Source: Nemertoderma westbladi (lineage: Eukaryota > Animalia > Xenacoelomorpha). Taken from it: a DNA stretch of 38,150 nucleotides. Below the pieces are notes generated by a model. That model had not been told where the DNA came from, searched no databases, and worked only from the letters and a program-made list of their open reading frames with translations. The stretch spans positions 1-38,150 of the forward strand of contig JAUCBJ010007723.1 of the NCBI GenBank assembly GCA_032718475.1, written 5' to 3'. The translations under genes and the position numbers were made by a program. This document shows, in pieces, positions 1-11,308 of this stretch (its first letter is position 1; every line of letters begins with the position of its first letter).

Positions 1-47
1 CCAACAGAGGTATAACGAACACCGACCGTTTCGATAGCCACGTCGAC

Positions 48-2549
48 ATGGCCATCGCACCGACCAAACTCCGCAATCGGTGTCGGAGATTAGCGGACCA
101 CAATCCCCCACCCACCAACGGCAACCACGGATCGAACCCGACCATTCTAACTCCCACCCACCGGCCGATCCTCCCGCCAACGGATACGTTTGCCGCCGCG
201 TTGCCAGGGCAACCACCAATTTCCGCCATAAATAAACCGAGCACCCGTAAGTCGGCACAACGCTGTTTGTTCCCGGCACTAAACACCGAACAAACATCCG
301 ATGTTGAGCCAGCACCGCCGATTGCCCCAACACACACATACATACCAACTACCCCACTCGATGACCCCCACAACCTGCCGTCCCACCCACCACCGTCGCG
401 AGGCCCATGCACACCCCTAGACACGCCATCATCGCGAACACGTTCGAAAACGCGAACACCGACAACGCGCACCCTACCACGAGTGACGAAGCTAAATACG
501 ATTACCGAACAACCCAATATCGACCCGGAACCACCCGACCCCCCATTCTACCGCCACGCGAGATACGTCGCCCCCCGCGCCGATGACCCTGGCATAGAAT
601 CACTTATATACGACCTACACAAAACAACCAACTCAATTAATCTACAGCGATACAACAACCAACACCCCCCTAACTTAAATAAATCTCAACTCACTGCTCT
701 CCAATCTCTTAAGAAAATTAAAGATGTCTCCTTCCTCAAAGGAGATAAAACCGGTAACATTATTCTACTAGATACCGCCGATAAACACTTTGAAATCCTA
801 AGGATCCTCAGCGACACTACAACCTACGAACAACTAACTAAAGATCCAACCGCCCGCTTCCGTGTCAAATGTCGAGCCCTCCTACGTGAACTGTCGTTAC
901 GCAACCCCGAACTCCAAACGCACCTATTTCCCAATACTTTTACCACAGGCCACATTTTTATCTCCCTCAAAGATCACAAACCCAAAGAGGAATGGATCCA
1001 ACACCCAAACGGTAAACTAATCCCTAAAGGCCGACCAATTATATCCAATACTGACGCCTTTTTCTCACCACTTTCTAAACTGATGCATTTCTACTTACAC
1101 CCTCTAGTCACTAACTCGTCCAATTATCTTTGTAGTTCATTACATTTAAAACACACAATGCCTACCCACCTTAATAACTCATCATGTACTCTCATCGCAG
1201 TAGATGTAGTCGATATGTTTACTAGTATTCCACACGAGCTCGGGTTACAAGCCACTATGCAAACACTTACCGAAGACCCATCCCTGCCACACCGGTCTAT
1301 ATTCACGCCATATCAGTTATGTCTTATACTAAGGTTTCTACTTTACCATAACTTTTTTAGGTATAGTGACAAATTTTACCTCCAAATCTCTGGTGCGCCC
1401 ATGGGAGGCTCACATAGCGGTGATTATGCCGTTATAGCCTCATGCAGAGTCCTCAAGCGAGCCCTAAATACCACCCTTTACTCAGCCCAGTATTTTAAAA
1501 CACTCGTTGACGACAGTATTGTTGAATTCGATAGGGAACTCAACACCAATGAGTTAAGTGGTTTGAAAACGTCACTCAACCAAGCCTGCCTCGAACTATA
1601 TAATACGAACTCAATACAATTCACCATAGAACACTCCTACTCCACCTTAAACTACCTTGACCTCACAATATACCGCCAGGATGACAAATTACTTACCCAC
1701 CTATATAAGAAGCCCATGTCCAATAAATTACCCATCCTATACGCTAGTTTTCACCATAAACCCACCCTACTCGCAGTTGTTAAAGCTGAAATCCTCCGTT
1801 ACCGCAGACTTACTGACTCAGATAACCTTTTTAATGTCACCCGCCATAATTACTTGGAACTATGCAAACTTAGAGGATACCCACTAAACTTCTTACTATC
1901 AATGTATCTATGGAAACCAGCCAAACAGTTACCCGCCACCTACACCGCTATACAGCATACTCACCCTCCCCCCATCTACATACCCACAACTCCTTATTTT
2001 TTAACATCTATGTCCAAAACCATCGCCCGGCATCAAAACCACCTTAGTAACATAGGTATTGCCATTAAACCCGTCCCACGCAACCTCCCAAACCTTGGAC
2101 AAATGCTTATACGTAAACTAGACCCACTTATCCCGGTAGGTAATCACCAATGTCGCGCTCCCCGTTGCTTATGCTGTCTAGCAATTACAAACCTTCGTAA
2201 AACACACTGGAATGAATCCATTCACGGCCGCTTTAACTGCAAATCCCACAATGTGCTCTACATTATCTCCTGTAGAACTCATCCGAGTGATTTCTACATC
2301 GGCCAGACGGAACAATTCCTCCACGACCGGCTTAATAAGCACAGACATAGTATTAGGGAAGCCCGTAAAGGCTGCGACCCAACTAGCCCCGAAATCCTTC
2401 TCCTACAACATTTCACTAACTGTGAAATAGACCAACTGACCGTAACCTGCTTTAAACAGTTCCGCAACCACCAGCGACGAGTTCATGCAGAGTCCTGTTA
2501 CATTAATATGATCCACCCAACTCTTAATAAAGTTATACCTTCTATGTAA
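48..2549 (+). CDS. Penelope-like element ORF (reverse transcriptase + GIY-YIG endonuclease), Neptune-like
   Basis: PLE RT motifs: KGDKTGNIILLD, GRPIIS, DVVDMFTSIP, QISGAPMGG, LVDD, LNYLDLTI, LYKKP, SFHH. C-x4-C-x2-C linker (CRAPRCLCC) precedes a GIY-YIG domain (NVLYIISC...FYIGQT...RLNKH...ESCYI...LN). The frame is also open from position 3, so the true start may lie outside the window. Confidence 0.95.
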   Translation: MAIAPTKLRNRCRRLADHNPPPTNGNHGSNPTILTPTHRPILPPTDTFAAALPGQPPISAINKPSTRKSAQRCLFPALNTEQTSDVEPAPPIAPTHTYIPTTPLDDPHNLPSHPPPSRGPCTPLDTPSSRTRSKTRTPTTRTLPRVTKLNTITEQPNIDPEPPDPPFYRHARYVAPRADDPGIESLIYDLHKTTNSINLQRYNNQHPPNLNKSQLTALQSLKKIKDVSFLKGDKTGNIILLDTADKHFEILRILSDTTTYEQLTKDPTARFRVKCRALLRELSLRNPELQTHLFPNTFTTGHIFISLKDHKPKEEWIQHPNGKLIPKGRPIISNTDAFFSPLSKLMHFYLHPLVTNSSNYLCSSLHLKHTMPTHLNNSSCTLIAVDVVDMFTSIPHELGLQATMQTLTEDPSLPHRSIFTPYQLCLILRFLLYHNFFRYSDKFYLQISGAPMGGSHSGDYAVIASCRVLKRALNTTLYSAQYFKTLVDDSIVEFDRELNTNELSGLKTSLNQACLELYNTNSIQFTIEHSYSTLNYLDLTIYRQDDKLLTHLYKKPMSNKLPILYASFHHKPTLLAVVKAEILRYRRLTDSDNLFNVTRHNYLELCKLRGYPLNFLLSMYLWKPAKQLPATYTAIQHTHPPPIYIPTTPYFLTSMSKTIARHQNHLSNIGIAIKPVPRNLPNLGQMLIRKLDPLIPVGNHQCRAPRCLCCLAITNLRKTHWNESIHGRFNCKSHNVLYIISCRTHPSDFYIGQTEQFLHDRLNKHRHSIREARKGCDPTSPEILLLQHFTNCEIDQLTVTCFKQFRNHQRRVHAESCYINMIHPTLNKVIPSM

Positions 2550-2567
2550 TGCTAAATAATTTAATCA

Positions 2568-2644
2568 TGTTAATCCTGCCACCCACCCGATACTAACTAT
2601 CTACTGTTAATCCTGCCACCCACCCGATACTAACTATCTACTGT
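2568..2644. repeat. 37-bp perfect tandem duplication
   Basis: TGTTAATCCTGCCACCCACCCGATACTAACTATCTAC x2, just after the PLE stop codon. Confidence 0.95.
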
Positions 2645-2772
2645 ATGTAGACTTATTTATTAATAATTTGATAAATGTATTAAGTGCAATAACTACTGTA
2701 TAAATATGCACTTAACTTAACTTATTTCCAGTAACACATTTGCTTAGTTTTAATCTTTGATATTATTTTTAA

Positions 2773-2875
2773 TTTTCTACTGTTTAAATGTTTGGTGCAA
2801 AATAACACATATATTATTAATTTTTCTAATGTTTAACTATTTGGTGCAAAATAACACATATATTATTAAGTTTCT
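2773..2875. repeat. ~49-bp imperfect tandem duplication
   Basis: TTTGGTGCAAAATAACACATATATTATTAA core present twice with similar flanks. Confidence 0.85.
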
Positions 2876-3223
2876 CAAGCCACTCACCGCAATTAACTAC
2901 CTACTGTATAAATTATGTTTACTTGGTTATCTTTTAGCAACTACTGTAAAGGTGCAACATACCGTACACACGGTACACGTATGCAGCCTGATGACAGGCA
3001 GTCAGTGCTTAGGCTGTAGCGCCGTAGCCCCACCACAACTATGCAACTGCACTACCGGTACTCACAACGTTTCACTGTTTTAATTAGGCCCCTAAATATT
3101 TCAATGTAAATTTCCCATTATTTACTGTAAATGCTGCTTGGTAGGTACCCTAAACTTTTAAATTGTGAACTAATTTTTAAATTAAATTATATTTTAACGC
3201 TATTTTAATTGCTGAATTGAATA

Positions 3224-3265
3224 TACCGCTGAAGACGCCCGCGAGGGTGAAATGGCCATACGGTA
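3224..3265 (+). ncRNA. Minimal type I hammerhead ribozyme
   Basis: Stem I TACCG/CGGTA; core CTGAAGA (3229-3235); stem II GCCC-gcga-GGGT; GAAA (3249-3252); palindromic stem III TGGCCA; predicted cleavage after TA at 3260. This architecture is typical of PLE-associated hammerheads. Confidence 0.85.
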
Positions 3266-3365
3266 AATAATTAACTTCATTTTTTATATATCCACGTGGT
3301 GAAAGACCCTTCCTTGCCTTTATTAATCCTGTAATTTTAGTAATGTACAACTTCAAGAAATATTA

Positions 3366-5016
3366 TTGGGCACGGCTGCCCTTGTTCATGCCTTGTTGTC
3401 ACACACACACATACACACACAGAGACTTTTGAAAAACGGCCATAGTATAATTACAGTATATCAGTTCGCTGATGGCTCGCCATTCGTGTCTCGCCCCACA
3501 CAAAATACGCATTCACGCAAACAAACAAGTAAAATTAGCCTCGAGATAGCGATAGTTTATGTGCTCGGGAAGAGAGCTTTCGATCATTTGCTCAGATTGG
3601 TGCTCGTGTGTCGGAGTGTATAGCTTGGACAGACTCACAGACTCATAGACTCACAGACAGACAATGCATATTTATATATAACACTAGAAACCTTCTAGTT
3701 CACAAGCTTCTATACAGTCAATCAATCAATGGACAATATCAAACATAAATAAATTAATTAATTAACTTAACAAAACTTTACATGTATAACTGCGTGTGTA
3801 ACTGGAAAACTGTATAACTGCAGAGTAGTGGTTAGCGTCCTCGCAAACATAACCTATAGTGCAGTAGGTCACTGCAGCAACTCTATCGTATTAAAATGGA
3901 AGGTTGTAATTTCAGACATTTCGCCCCCTAGTGGCAGACTGCCTGCCAAGTGCCAAGTATCAGCAAAAAAGCATTCATAAACAACAAAATTGTAGGTTTC
4001 CTCATTCAGACATTTCATCCCCTAATAGCGGCAGACTGGGGAACTGTAGATTGGTCATCGTCTCCCCAAGCCCAAATACACACCCTTACGGTGTAGTATA
4101 CTCTGCTTGGTATCAGCAAAAAAAACATTATAAACATATTGTGTAAAGGACCTAAGTATCAGCTAAAAATAATTATTAATAACAAAATAGGATAAGATTT
4201 TCACTTTCAGACATTTCGCCTCCTAGTGGCAGACTGAAGAACCGCAAACTGGTCAGCGTCCTCCCAACACGCAGCTATGGTCTGGTAGAATTTATTCTGC
4301 AAAGTGTCAGCAGAGTGGTTACGATGATGCTGTTATAATTTCCTGCTTGCTGATCAGTAATTTCTCAGATAACAAAACAACTGCAGAATAATGCAATTTT
4401 ACCTCAAAGACGCATTCATGCAAGTATCAAGTAAATGTGTAAAATAATCAACCTCGAGATAGCCTTTACAATTCATGTTCACGGGCTCAGGATGGTCTGC
4501 ATCATATAGATGAACGCACATGATAGAGTCAAGATCCAACTTGTAGGATGACGGACTGACGACCTGCTAGGCCTACCTCGCTAGCACCCATCCGGTACAT
4601 TGCAAAATTGAATAATTGAATCATTTTGTGTTTATGATTATAAACAATATGTGAACTGAAAAAAGCTAATCTAAGATTTACTGCTGGTTCTTACCAATGT
4701 AAGTCAAGAACCAATCACAGTAGTTCCACTCCGCTCTCCTGCTGGGTCCTATTTATTGAGATTACTACTTAACCAACCCAGCCTGCTGCAGGCCACCTAT
4801 GATTGGTCTGCAAGTAGCTAGCTACCTGGCTAACCGATGTATCATTCGCTCAGATTGGTGCTCTTTAGCTGAATATATTAATTTAGATTATGGCTTCCGA
4901 CATTTATGGCTACCGACACACACACATGTCACACACACACACACAGACTTTTGAAAAACGGCCATAGTATAATTATATCAGTTCGCTGATGGCTCGCCAT
5001 TCGTGTCTCGCCCCAC
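3366..5016 (-). mobile_element. Cluster of non-autonomous Helentron/HINE-like repeats
   Basis: A ~100-bp block ((CA)n...GACTTTTGAAAAACGGCCATAGTATAATTA...TTCGCTGATGGCTCGCCATTCGTGTCTCGCCCCAC) occurs at ~3398-3498 and ~4928-5016. GCTCAGATTGGTGCTC occurs twice. Internal repeats TTCAGACATTTCGCCYCTAGTGGCAGACTG lie at ~3911, ~4005 and ~4207, with a GACA-type microsatellite at ~3627-3663. Family assignment is inferred from architecture. Confidence 0.55.
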
Positions 5017-6295
5017 AAAACTATATACCATTTAATAGAGAATTTTCTTGTGATGCCTAAGCTCCAAGAATTACGTAAATATAATAAACCGTTGAAGAAT
5101 TAGGACTGTTTGAAGAGAATAAGTCGTAAATTTACCTTGTACAATTTCTACACATCCATCTTCAACATTTGATAAATACTTGCAAATTCCATAAAACATC
5201 TAAACCCGTATATCATTTTGAAGCTGAGAATTTATGCTTTCATGCAGAATAAATTTGTTATCTAAATATCTTAATAAAAAGTTTTTGCACTGTTAATAAT
5301 GTGAATGCAAATTCCGTTACATAAAATGTCCCCGCTGTAATGCCAATGTCCACAACTTTTCCATGTAACGCTATGCCAACGGTGTCAATTTATTCGAAAA
5401 CTACAATATCTGTTTGATATACTGCTGTAATTTTGCGTCTAAAGAATAACCCATACTCTTATGGTAGCAGAGTAAAGTGAAATAGTCGAGTTCGTAAAGC
5501 ATAATGGTGAATGGTCTACCATTGTAATGCTATAAAAATTATTGGAACTTTCTTATAAGTAGCGCAGATGGCTTGGTTTTTGTATCATCTGAATCGTTGG
5601 TAAATTCGCTATCCGAATATTAACTTTATAGTACTTTGTCAGCCTCAGCAGTTTATTTAAGAGTTACCAAACTAGTGTCCACCATGCAATAATACGTCCA
5701 CCATTACTGAATGGCATTACAGCATGTGGACTGTTCCAGATCGAATGGTACATAGTGATAAATTTTGCATTGCCGCACAGGGAGATAGAGATGGTATCCC
5801 GGTAGAGAGGGATTGAGAAGCAGTTAAGGTAACAAATAGCCTATAGAGCACCTTTCCTGCAGGGTGAAGCCCGGTCCTAATGGCCGCATCATCCAATCTG
5901 CAGCTCAGGGCCACACATCACCCCATAGCGAGGTGCGCATTGGCTGACAACTCTATATGTACCTGCAACATTATTAGCTACACGGGCCCACTAATTGTTA
6001 AGGGATGATAAGAAGATTGATCCCCTACACTTTCTAGTTCTTCAATAATCACAGAATTGGCGATGAAGGTAACTGTAAACTGTCATCTTTAATAACAGGC
6101 CCTACCGTAATTTAATACAGAATTTTACGGTGGCCCACAATAGCCATCGTTTTCACCCATACTCATCTATGTGAAATTTGACGGCAAATTCAAACTGCCG
6201 CCAACTTCTGCGGTGAAAATTTACGCAAATTCAACCTGCTTTTATTTTTATGATTTTTGATGATTTATTTTTATTCTGAAATTTTATAATTACAG

Positions 6296-6813
6296 GTGGG
6301 GCGAGCCACGAAGTGAGCGAAGCCTTAGCATATGGGTGCCATTAACGATTTGTCTGTCGTCGTCGTCGTCGTCGTAAATTTTTGATCGCTAATAACTCAG
6401 TTATTCCTTGATGAAATTAAACGAGACTTGGTACGTATGTAGTCGGCAAAAGCTTAGAAAGAATCTCAAGTTTGGTCAAAAACGAACGATCGCAACGAGG
6501 TTACAGTGGATACGGGTATCCATCTGCCATAAATCAGCAGTTACTCTCACAGTTTCGAGACTTTGCACAGTTATAAAGGTTGTGAAATTATTTTAAGACA
6601 AAACAGTACGAGCGCAACGAGGCTATTGAAGGAGAAGAGTATTGTAAAACTAAAAATGTCATACTTAACTTAAATAGCCCTAGTTAGAATGTTTACAAAT
6701 GACAGTTAAAGTGTGTAAGGGCTGATAGCATCGCCTTCACTCATATATATTTTAGGAAAGACAGTTTTCGTATATCTAATAGAGAATGGTCTCGTGCTGC
6801 GCGAAGGCCCCAC
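6296..6813 (+). mobile_element. Non-autonomous HINE-like element
   Basis: Begins GTGGGGCGAGCCACGAAG (same terminus as copies at 3498, 5016 and 18420 in reverse), followed by a (GTC)n microsatellite, and ends with an inverted CCCCAC. Confidence 0.55.
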
Positions 6814-7264
6814 GAACATGTTTAAGTCTGCAGACTGCTGGACGCAGGCAATTCTACACAGTTGCCTACTGGTTGGTAGACAACCAGTCCGGTCGCAAAT
6901 ATAAATCGTCAGTTATAAAAATCGTTGCTATAAATAAAATCGCTTTAATGTTTTTTACATTTTCTACAACTACAAAAACAATGCGATACATCGTTTGATA
7001 AGCCACAATGGTTACAAATTATTTGAAATATCCTGCAGCATTGCTTTACTTGTCCCACTTTTGTCCACCATAAAATGCATTACAACAAGGGATAAAACCA
7101 TTACAGCATTATTTAGCTCTATAGTCGTTTATGAGGTAGCAATTAAGCGTGACACGTAGCATCATCATATAGTCGCAATGCAAATACCTTTCGAATGACT
7201 AAAGTTCTTCATTTATTTGGGCACTTTTTAGGAGAATCAACCATTAACGTCCGATATAACTGAC

Positions 7265-7372
7265 CTTTTCTGCCATTTCTTCCCGGATATTACGAGGGGG
7301 TTTATTACATTTTGTGGAACATTTTTTCACAAGATGAGGGGAGGAATGGCGATAACGGTAATATAATATGCC
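7265..7372 (-). CDS. Candidate UNC80 exon (GILYYRYRH...IREEMAEK)
   Basis: 108-bp open phase 0-0 exon with a weak AAG acceptor and AAG|GTCAGT donor. No recognisable homology. Confidence 0.35.
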
Positions 7373-7618
7373 CTTACAACGATTTATATATATATTTATT
7401 TATTACGCCCAATTGGGCAACAAGCAGATACAGTTGTAAAAAAAAAATTTTATTATTTATATTGCACATAATCATTAGAGAAAAGTTATATTAAAATAAA
7501 TTTATTAATAAAAGTAGTGTTCTTAATTTATTTCGACCAGTGCGATAGAGACAATGAGAAAAATAACAAGTTAATTATAACGATTTAAGTTTGTGTTAAG
7601 TTCAAATAACCAACAAAC

Positions 7619-7828
7619 CTGGTTAAATGATGGCTCATCCATTATTTCTATGCGATCATCATCAATGTCAATGGCAACCGCATCAACGTGTGCGGATCTT
7701 TCGATGTCTTTTACAGATTCATCATCATATTCCATCTGAATGACGACATCCTGCATGGTTGTTTTAATATCCCCCGTGAAAGCGATCCGGGCTGAATTTG
7801 GTGCAATATAAGATATTGCGTGTTCTAT
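7619..7828 (-). CDS. UNC80: Probable UNC80 exon (IEHAISYIAPNSARIAF...IMDEPSFNQ)
   Basis: 210-bp open phase 0-0 exon. The acceptor TTTTGTGTTTATAG| is the last unit of the 36-bp array and the donor is CAG|GTTTGT. Assigned by strand, phase and position rather than homology. Confidence 0.65.
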
Positions 7829-8410
7829 CTATAAACACAAAATGTATGACGTGACATGTTCTATCTATAAACACAAAATGTATGACGTGACATGTTCTAT
7901 CTATAAACAAAAAATGTATGACGTGACATGTTCTATCTATAAACACAAAATGTATGACGTGACATGTTCTTTCTATAAACACAAAATGTATGACGTGACA
8001 TGTTCTATCTATAAACACAAAATGTATGACGTGACATGTTCTATCTATAAACACAAAATGTATGACGTGACATGTTCTATCTATAAACACAAAATGTATG
8101 ACGTGACATGTTCTATCTATAAACACAAAATGTATGACGTGACATGTTCTATCTATAAACACAAAATGTATGACGTGACATGTTCTATCTATAAACACAA
8201 AATGTATGACGTGACATGTTCTATCTATAAACACAAAATGTATGACGTGACATGTTCTATCTATAAACAAAAAATGTATGACGTGACATGTTCTATCTAT
8301 AAACACAAAATGTATGACGTGACATGTTCTTTCTATAAACACAAAATGTATGACGTGACATGTTCTATCTATAAACACAAAATGTATGACGTGACATGTT
8401 CTATCTATAA
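7821..8410. repeat. 36-bp tandem array, ~16 copies
   Basis: Unit TGTTCTATCTATAAACACAAAATGTATGACGTGACA. Two variant units recur 360 bp apart. Confidence 0.98.
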
Positions 8411-8435
8411 TATTCAGTAATCTCTTTGAACCAAC

Positions 8436-8570
8436 CTTTAGAACCTCTTGGCTATCATGGAGTACAGTATCAGCAGGTTTTACTACGGCTAGAGGGTTCT
8501 GGGAAGGTTCCTCCTCTATTATCGGTGTCGTTGTTGGCCGGAAGTGACGGTCACCCTTCTTCATCGATGA
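8436..8570 (-). CDS. UNC80: Probable UNC80 exon (SSMKKGDRHFRP...DSQEVLK)
   Basis: 135-bp phase 0-0 exon with acceptor CATTATTTAG| and donor AAG|GTTGGT, and protein-like composition. Assigned by context. Confidence 0.6.
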
Positions 8571-8866
8571 CTAAATAATGACAGATAATTTAAAAAATTG
8601 TCAAATAAATATAATCCATTAAGTCTCAATGAGTTGGTTACTATGGTTACTATATCATTAGAATTTATCTTGAACATAATTTCTATAATTTTCATTTTTT
8701 CAGTTTTGCCCACTTCAGTAGGTCAACTTCGAAGTCCACTTTAAGCTTACATGGCAAGCGATAACGTAATACAATGACTTATCATTAGATTTTAGCACTG
8801 GCAATTGCCAAGGATACATTAGTTAAACAATAAAAAAATATTAGACAATTATTACATTAGGTATTA

Positions 8867-9199
8867 CGACGGCGGGGTAGCTCAGTTGGTTCAGCGCCGG
8901 GCCTGCAATCTATTGGTTGTAGGTTCAGCCCCGCCAGGATCGATAAAATGAGAACCAATTAACTAACTGGGAGCAAATCATGTGATAGGAATAGCGCCCA
9001 CCCACCCGTGCCCTCGTGTAGCAGCTATCGAAAGAGGAGCCTTCGGGTCGCCTCCGGCCTCGATCGACTGTTTGCTTGCTGCATTAGGAAGAGGAGCCTT
9101 CGGGTCGCCTCCGGCCTCGGCCTACTGTTTGCTTGCTGCATTAGGTCGCCTCCGGCCTCGGCCGACTGTTTGCTTGCTGCATTGCTGCATTGCTTGCTG
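8867..9199 (+). mobile_element. tRNA-derived SINE with 12-bp TSD and reiterated 3' end
   Basis: A box TAGCTCAGTTGG and degenerate B box GGTTCAGCCCC. The central GATCGATAAAATGAGAACC resembles the Deu/Nin domain. TSD CATTAGGTATTA at 8855-8866 and 9200-9211. Confidence 0.85.
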
Positions 9200-10483
9200 C
9201 ATTAGGTATTAAATTAAACACACAATTTTATTAATTTATTATTAATAAGATTATAAACTGCTTAATAGGGTGAAAGGGAGTAATATTAATAAGAGTTGTA
9301 ATCTCAGTAAAACGAAGCCAAGACCAAGCAATGATAAAAACATACGACAATAGGCCTATTAATTATGTTCGAAATTATATGGTCGAAGCGGAATAAAGAA
9401 GAGACGGGACTATACATTAATGGGTAAATCCAGATATTTTGTTTTAGACTTTAAGATTAATTTTTAGAGAAAATAGTTGCAGGAAAACGAATCCGTGGTA
9501 ATTGAGAAATTATTCAAAAAAGGGACGTAAAAATTATCAATAAATTTAATCATCTCTGTTGGCTTTATTTTTCGTCTTTGGAGTGTAAATCTAGATCGTT
9601 TTCAATTTCACCAATAACTTCCGGAGATATTATAAAATTTCAAAGGTATGCATTTTGACATGTAAATCGATATAATTATAATGATTTGTTTATTAAGGGA
9701 GATGGTGTATATCGTTTTAATTATATTTTGTCATACGCAGATGCTACAGTACCATTGTTCAATGTTCGAGTCATTTTATCGAGAAATTACAATATACATA
9801 TATATATCCATTGCGGTCAAAAATGAGGTCGACAAACCCCAATTTTTGTTTCCCATTTGTATCTTCACCAGCTAATGTCTAGAACATATTCAAAATCTCA
9901 ATCAAGGCTGTCTCCGGGGTAAAAGTGGTTCCATCTCCAGTCTTCCATGACAAGCAGAAGCAGTGAATCAGATGCAAAATTATCAAGGTAACATTTAGAA
10001 TAAAGACATAAAGGAATTACTCGAAAATAAATTACCTTTAAAGGAAACCAGTAAGAAGCGTGTTAGCCAATAAGAATTAGGCATTACCAAAAACCAACCA
10101 ATCAAAGCATAACAAATTATAAATTACTTATATTTCACCTAATTGTAGGAATCTTTTAAAAAAAAACAAGCAAATTACTATGATTTGATATCGAAGTAAA
10201 CTGTAGGTAGACATTGTAGAAAGTAAACCAATCACCATGGGATGGCTAAAGAATAGAAGTACCCATTACCGATCAAAATAAATTAAAAAATTTAATTATA
10301 GTTATATACGGTGTGGTCCACAACTGTCACTACACACTGTAACAAAACCTTAGCAAATTTCCTTACTTTGCTGTGGGATTTTTCTGTACAAGGAAGTGAG
10401 GCGCAAGTGAATGATGCATAATTATTTGATAATGCAAACATCTATACACTTGCGACTTCCGTGGATACTTAATTGGACACTAC

Positions 10484-10491
10484 TGGGAGGG

Positions 10492-10522
<31 letters not shown>

Positions 10523-10527
10523 TGGGG
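10484..10527 (+). repeat. Poly-G tract (G-quadruplex-capable)
   Basis: About 26 consecutive G plus flanking GGG runs. Confidence 0.9.
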
Positions 10528-10583
10528 ATATCAGATGGGGTAGCTCTTGATGGATTTGCTAGGATCGTCGATCTGGAACTCAC

Positions 10584-10633
10584 TGTGCACTGTACTGGAT
10601 GTACAGTATGTTCTGGAATTCCAGTAGGCCTAC
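10584..10633 (-). CDS. Candidate short UNC80 exon (RPTGIPEHTVHPVQCT)
   Basis: Acceptor CATTTTTTAG|, donor ACA|GTGAGT, 50 nt, phase 1-0. Restores frame together with the 19-nt microexon at 17246-17264. Confidence 0.4.
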
Positions 10634-11308
10634 CTAAAAAATGTGTTAATTGAATATGCCGAAAAAAGATATGGGAGAAAAAACCCATTGATAAAAAACA
10701 TAGGGCTACGTAATCTTGTCTTGAGGTTTTCTTTGTAGTGATAGTTGTGGGCCACCGTCATTATAGGAAACCAAAAAAGCAAACCAATCACCAGGCGCGC
10801 TTTAAAGATAGGCAGAACCAAAAGCACATCACCACAAAAGATTCGTCTGATTCTGATAGCCAAACTACATGCACTAATCAGTAAGGAAGTAGTACCTTAT
10901 GGAATATAGACCACGGTAACAGCAACTGAAATAACAATACGTATTGTACTAAGCTATACTGAAGAAAATGAAACCTACAGTGTTAAAAGACTTTTACACG
11001 ATATTAGGTAGCTAGGTCTAGACCTGATTTTATTACATACCGAAACGGGTGAGAGATATATAAGAAATATATTATTGAAAATATTTGTATTACAATGCTA
11101 AACGTACAATTGTAATTTTTATTACTAAACTTTTTTGTACTTCGTTCAGGTAAAAATGAACAGAAAACGTAAAATCGAATCAAAAACTTCCTATCAGTTT
11201 AGCCTATCAGCCAAAAATAGCAATGTTAGCTTTAGCTCGACCAATAAGACATTAATGATAAATGACAATAGCAAAAAAAATGGACTTATTGTAAATACTA
11301 GATAACAC

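Larger units (their letters stand above)
1..3300 (+). mobile_element. Penelope-like retrotransposon, including 3' UTR/pseudo-LTR region
   Basis: Intact RT-GIY-YIG ORF followed by an AT-rich segment with short tandem duplications and a hammerhead motif. The right boundary is approximate. Confidence 0.85.

Noticed and set aside
20-62. Antisense hammerhead-like hairpin followed by GAAACGGTC
   Set aside because: No CUGANGA box, and it lies within the open PLE frame.
2982-3018. Second hammerhead at CTGATGA
   Set aside because: Forms a hairpin (TGCAGCCT/AGGCTGTA) but lacks the GAAA and stem III needed for the core.
5136-5189. Further UNC80 exon (MFYGICKYLSNVEDGCVEIVQ)
   Set aside because: Has AG/GT boundaries but only vague similarity and sits in repeat-like sequence. 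Not supportable without an alignment.
7764-8564. Repetitive proteins (DRTCHVIHFVFI)n and (MYDVTCSIYKHK)n
   Set aside because: By-products of a 36-bp unit being a multiple of three. Only 8436-8570 looks like a real exon.
8871-8936. tRNA gene (also 24165-24240 on the minus strand)
   Set aside because: Cloverleaf is incomplete and continues into a SINE body and tail, so these are SINE heads.
10422-10688. Poly-Pro/poly-Gly ORFs
   Set aside because: Produced by the G homopolymer, whose length is also error-prone.
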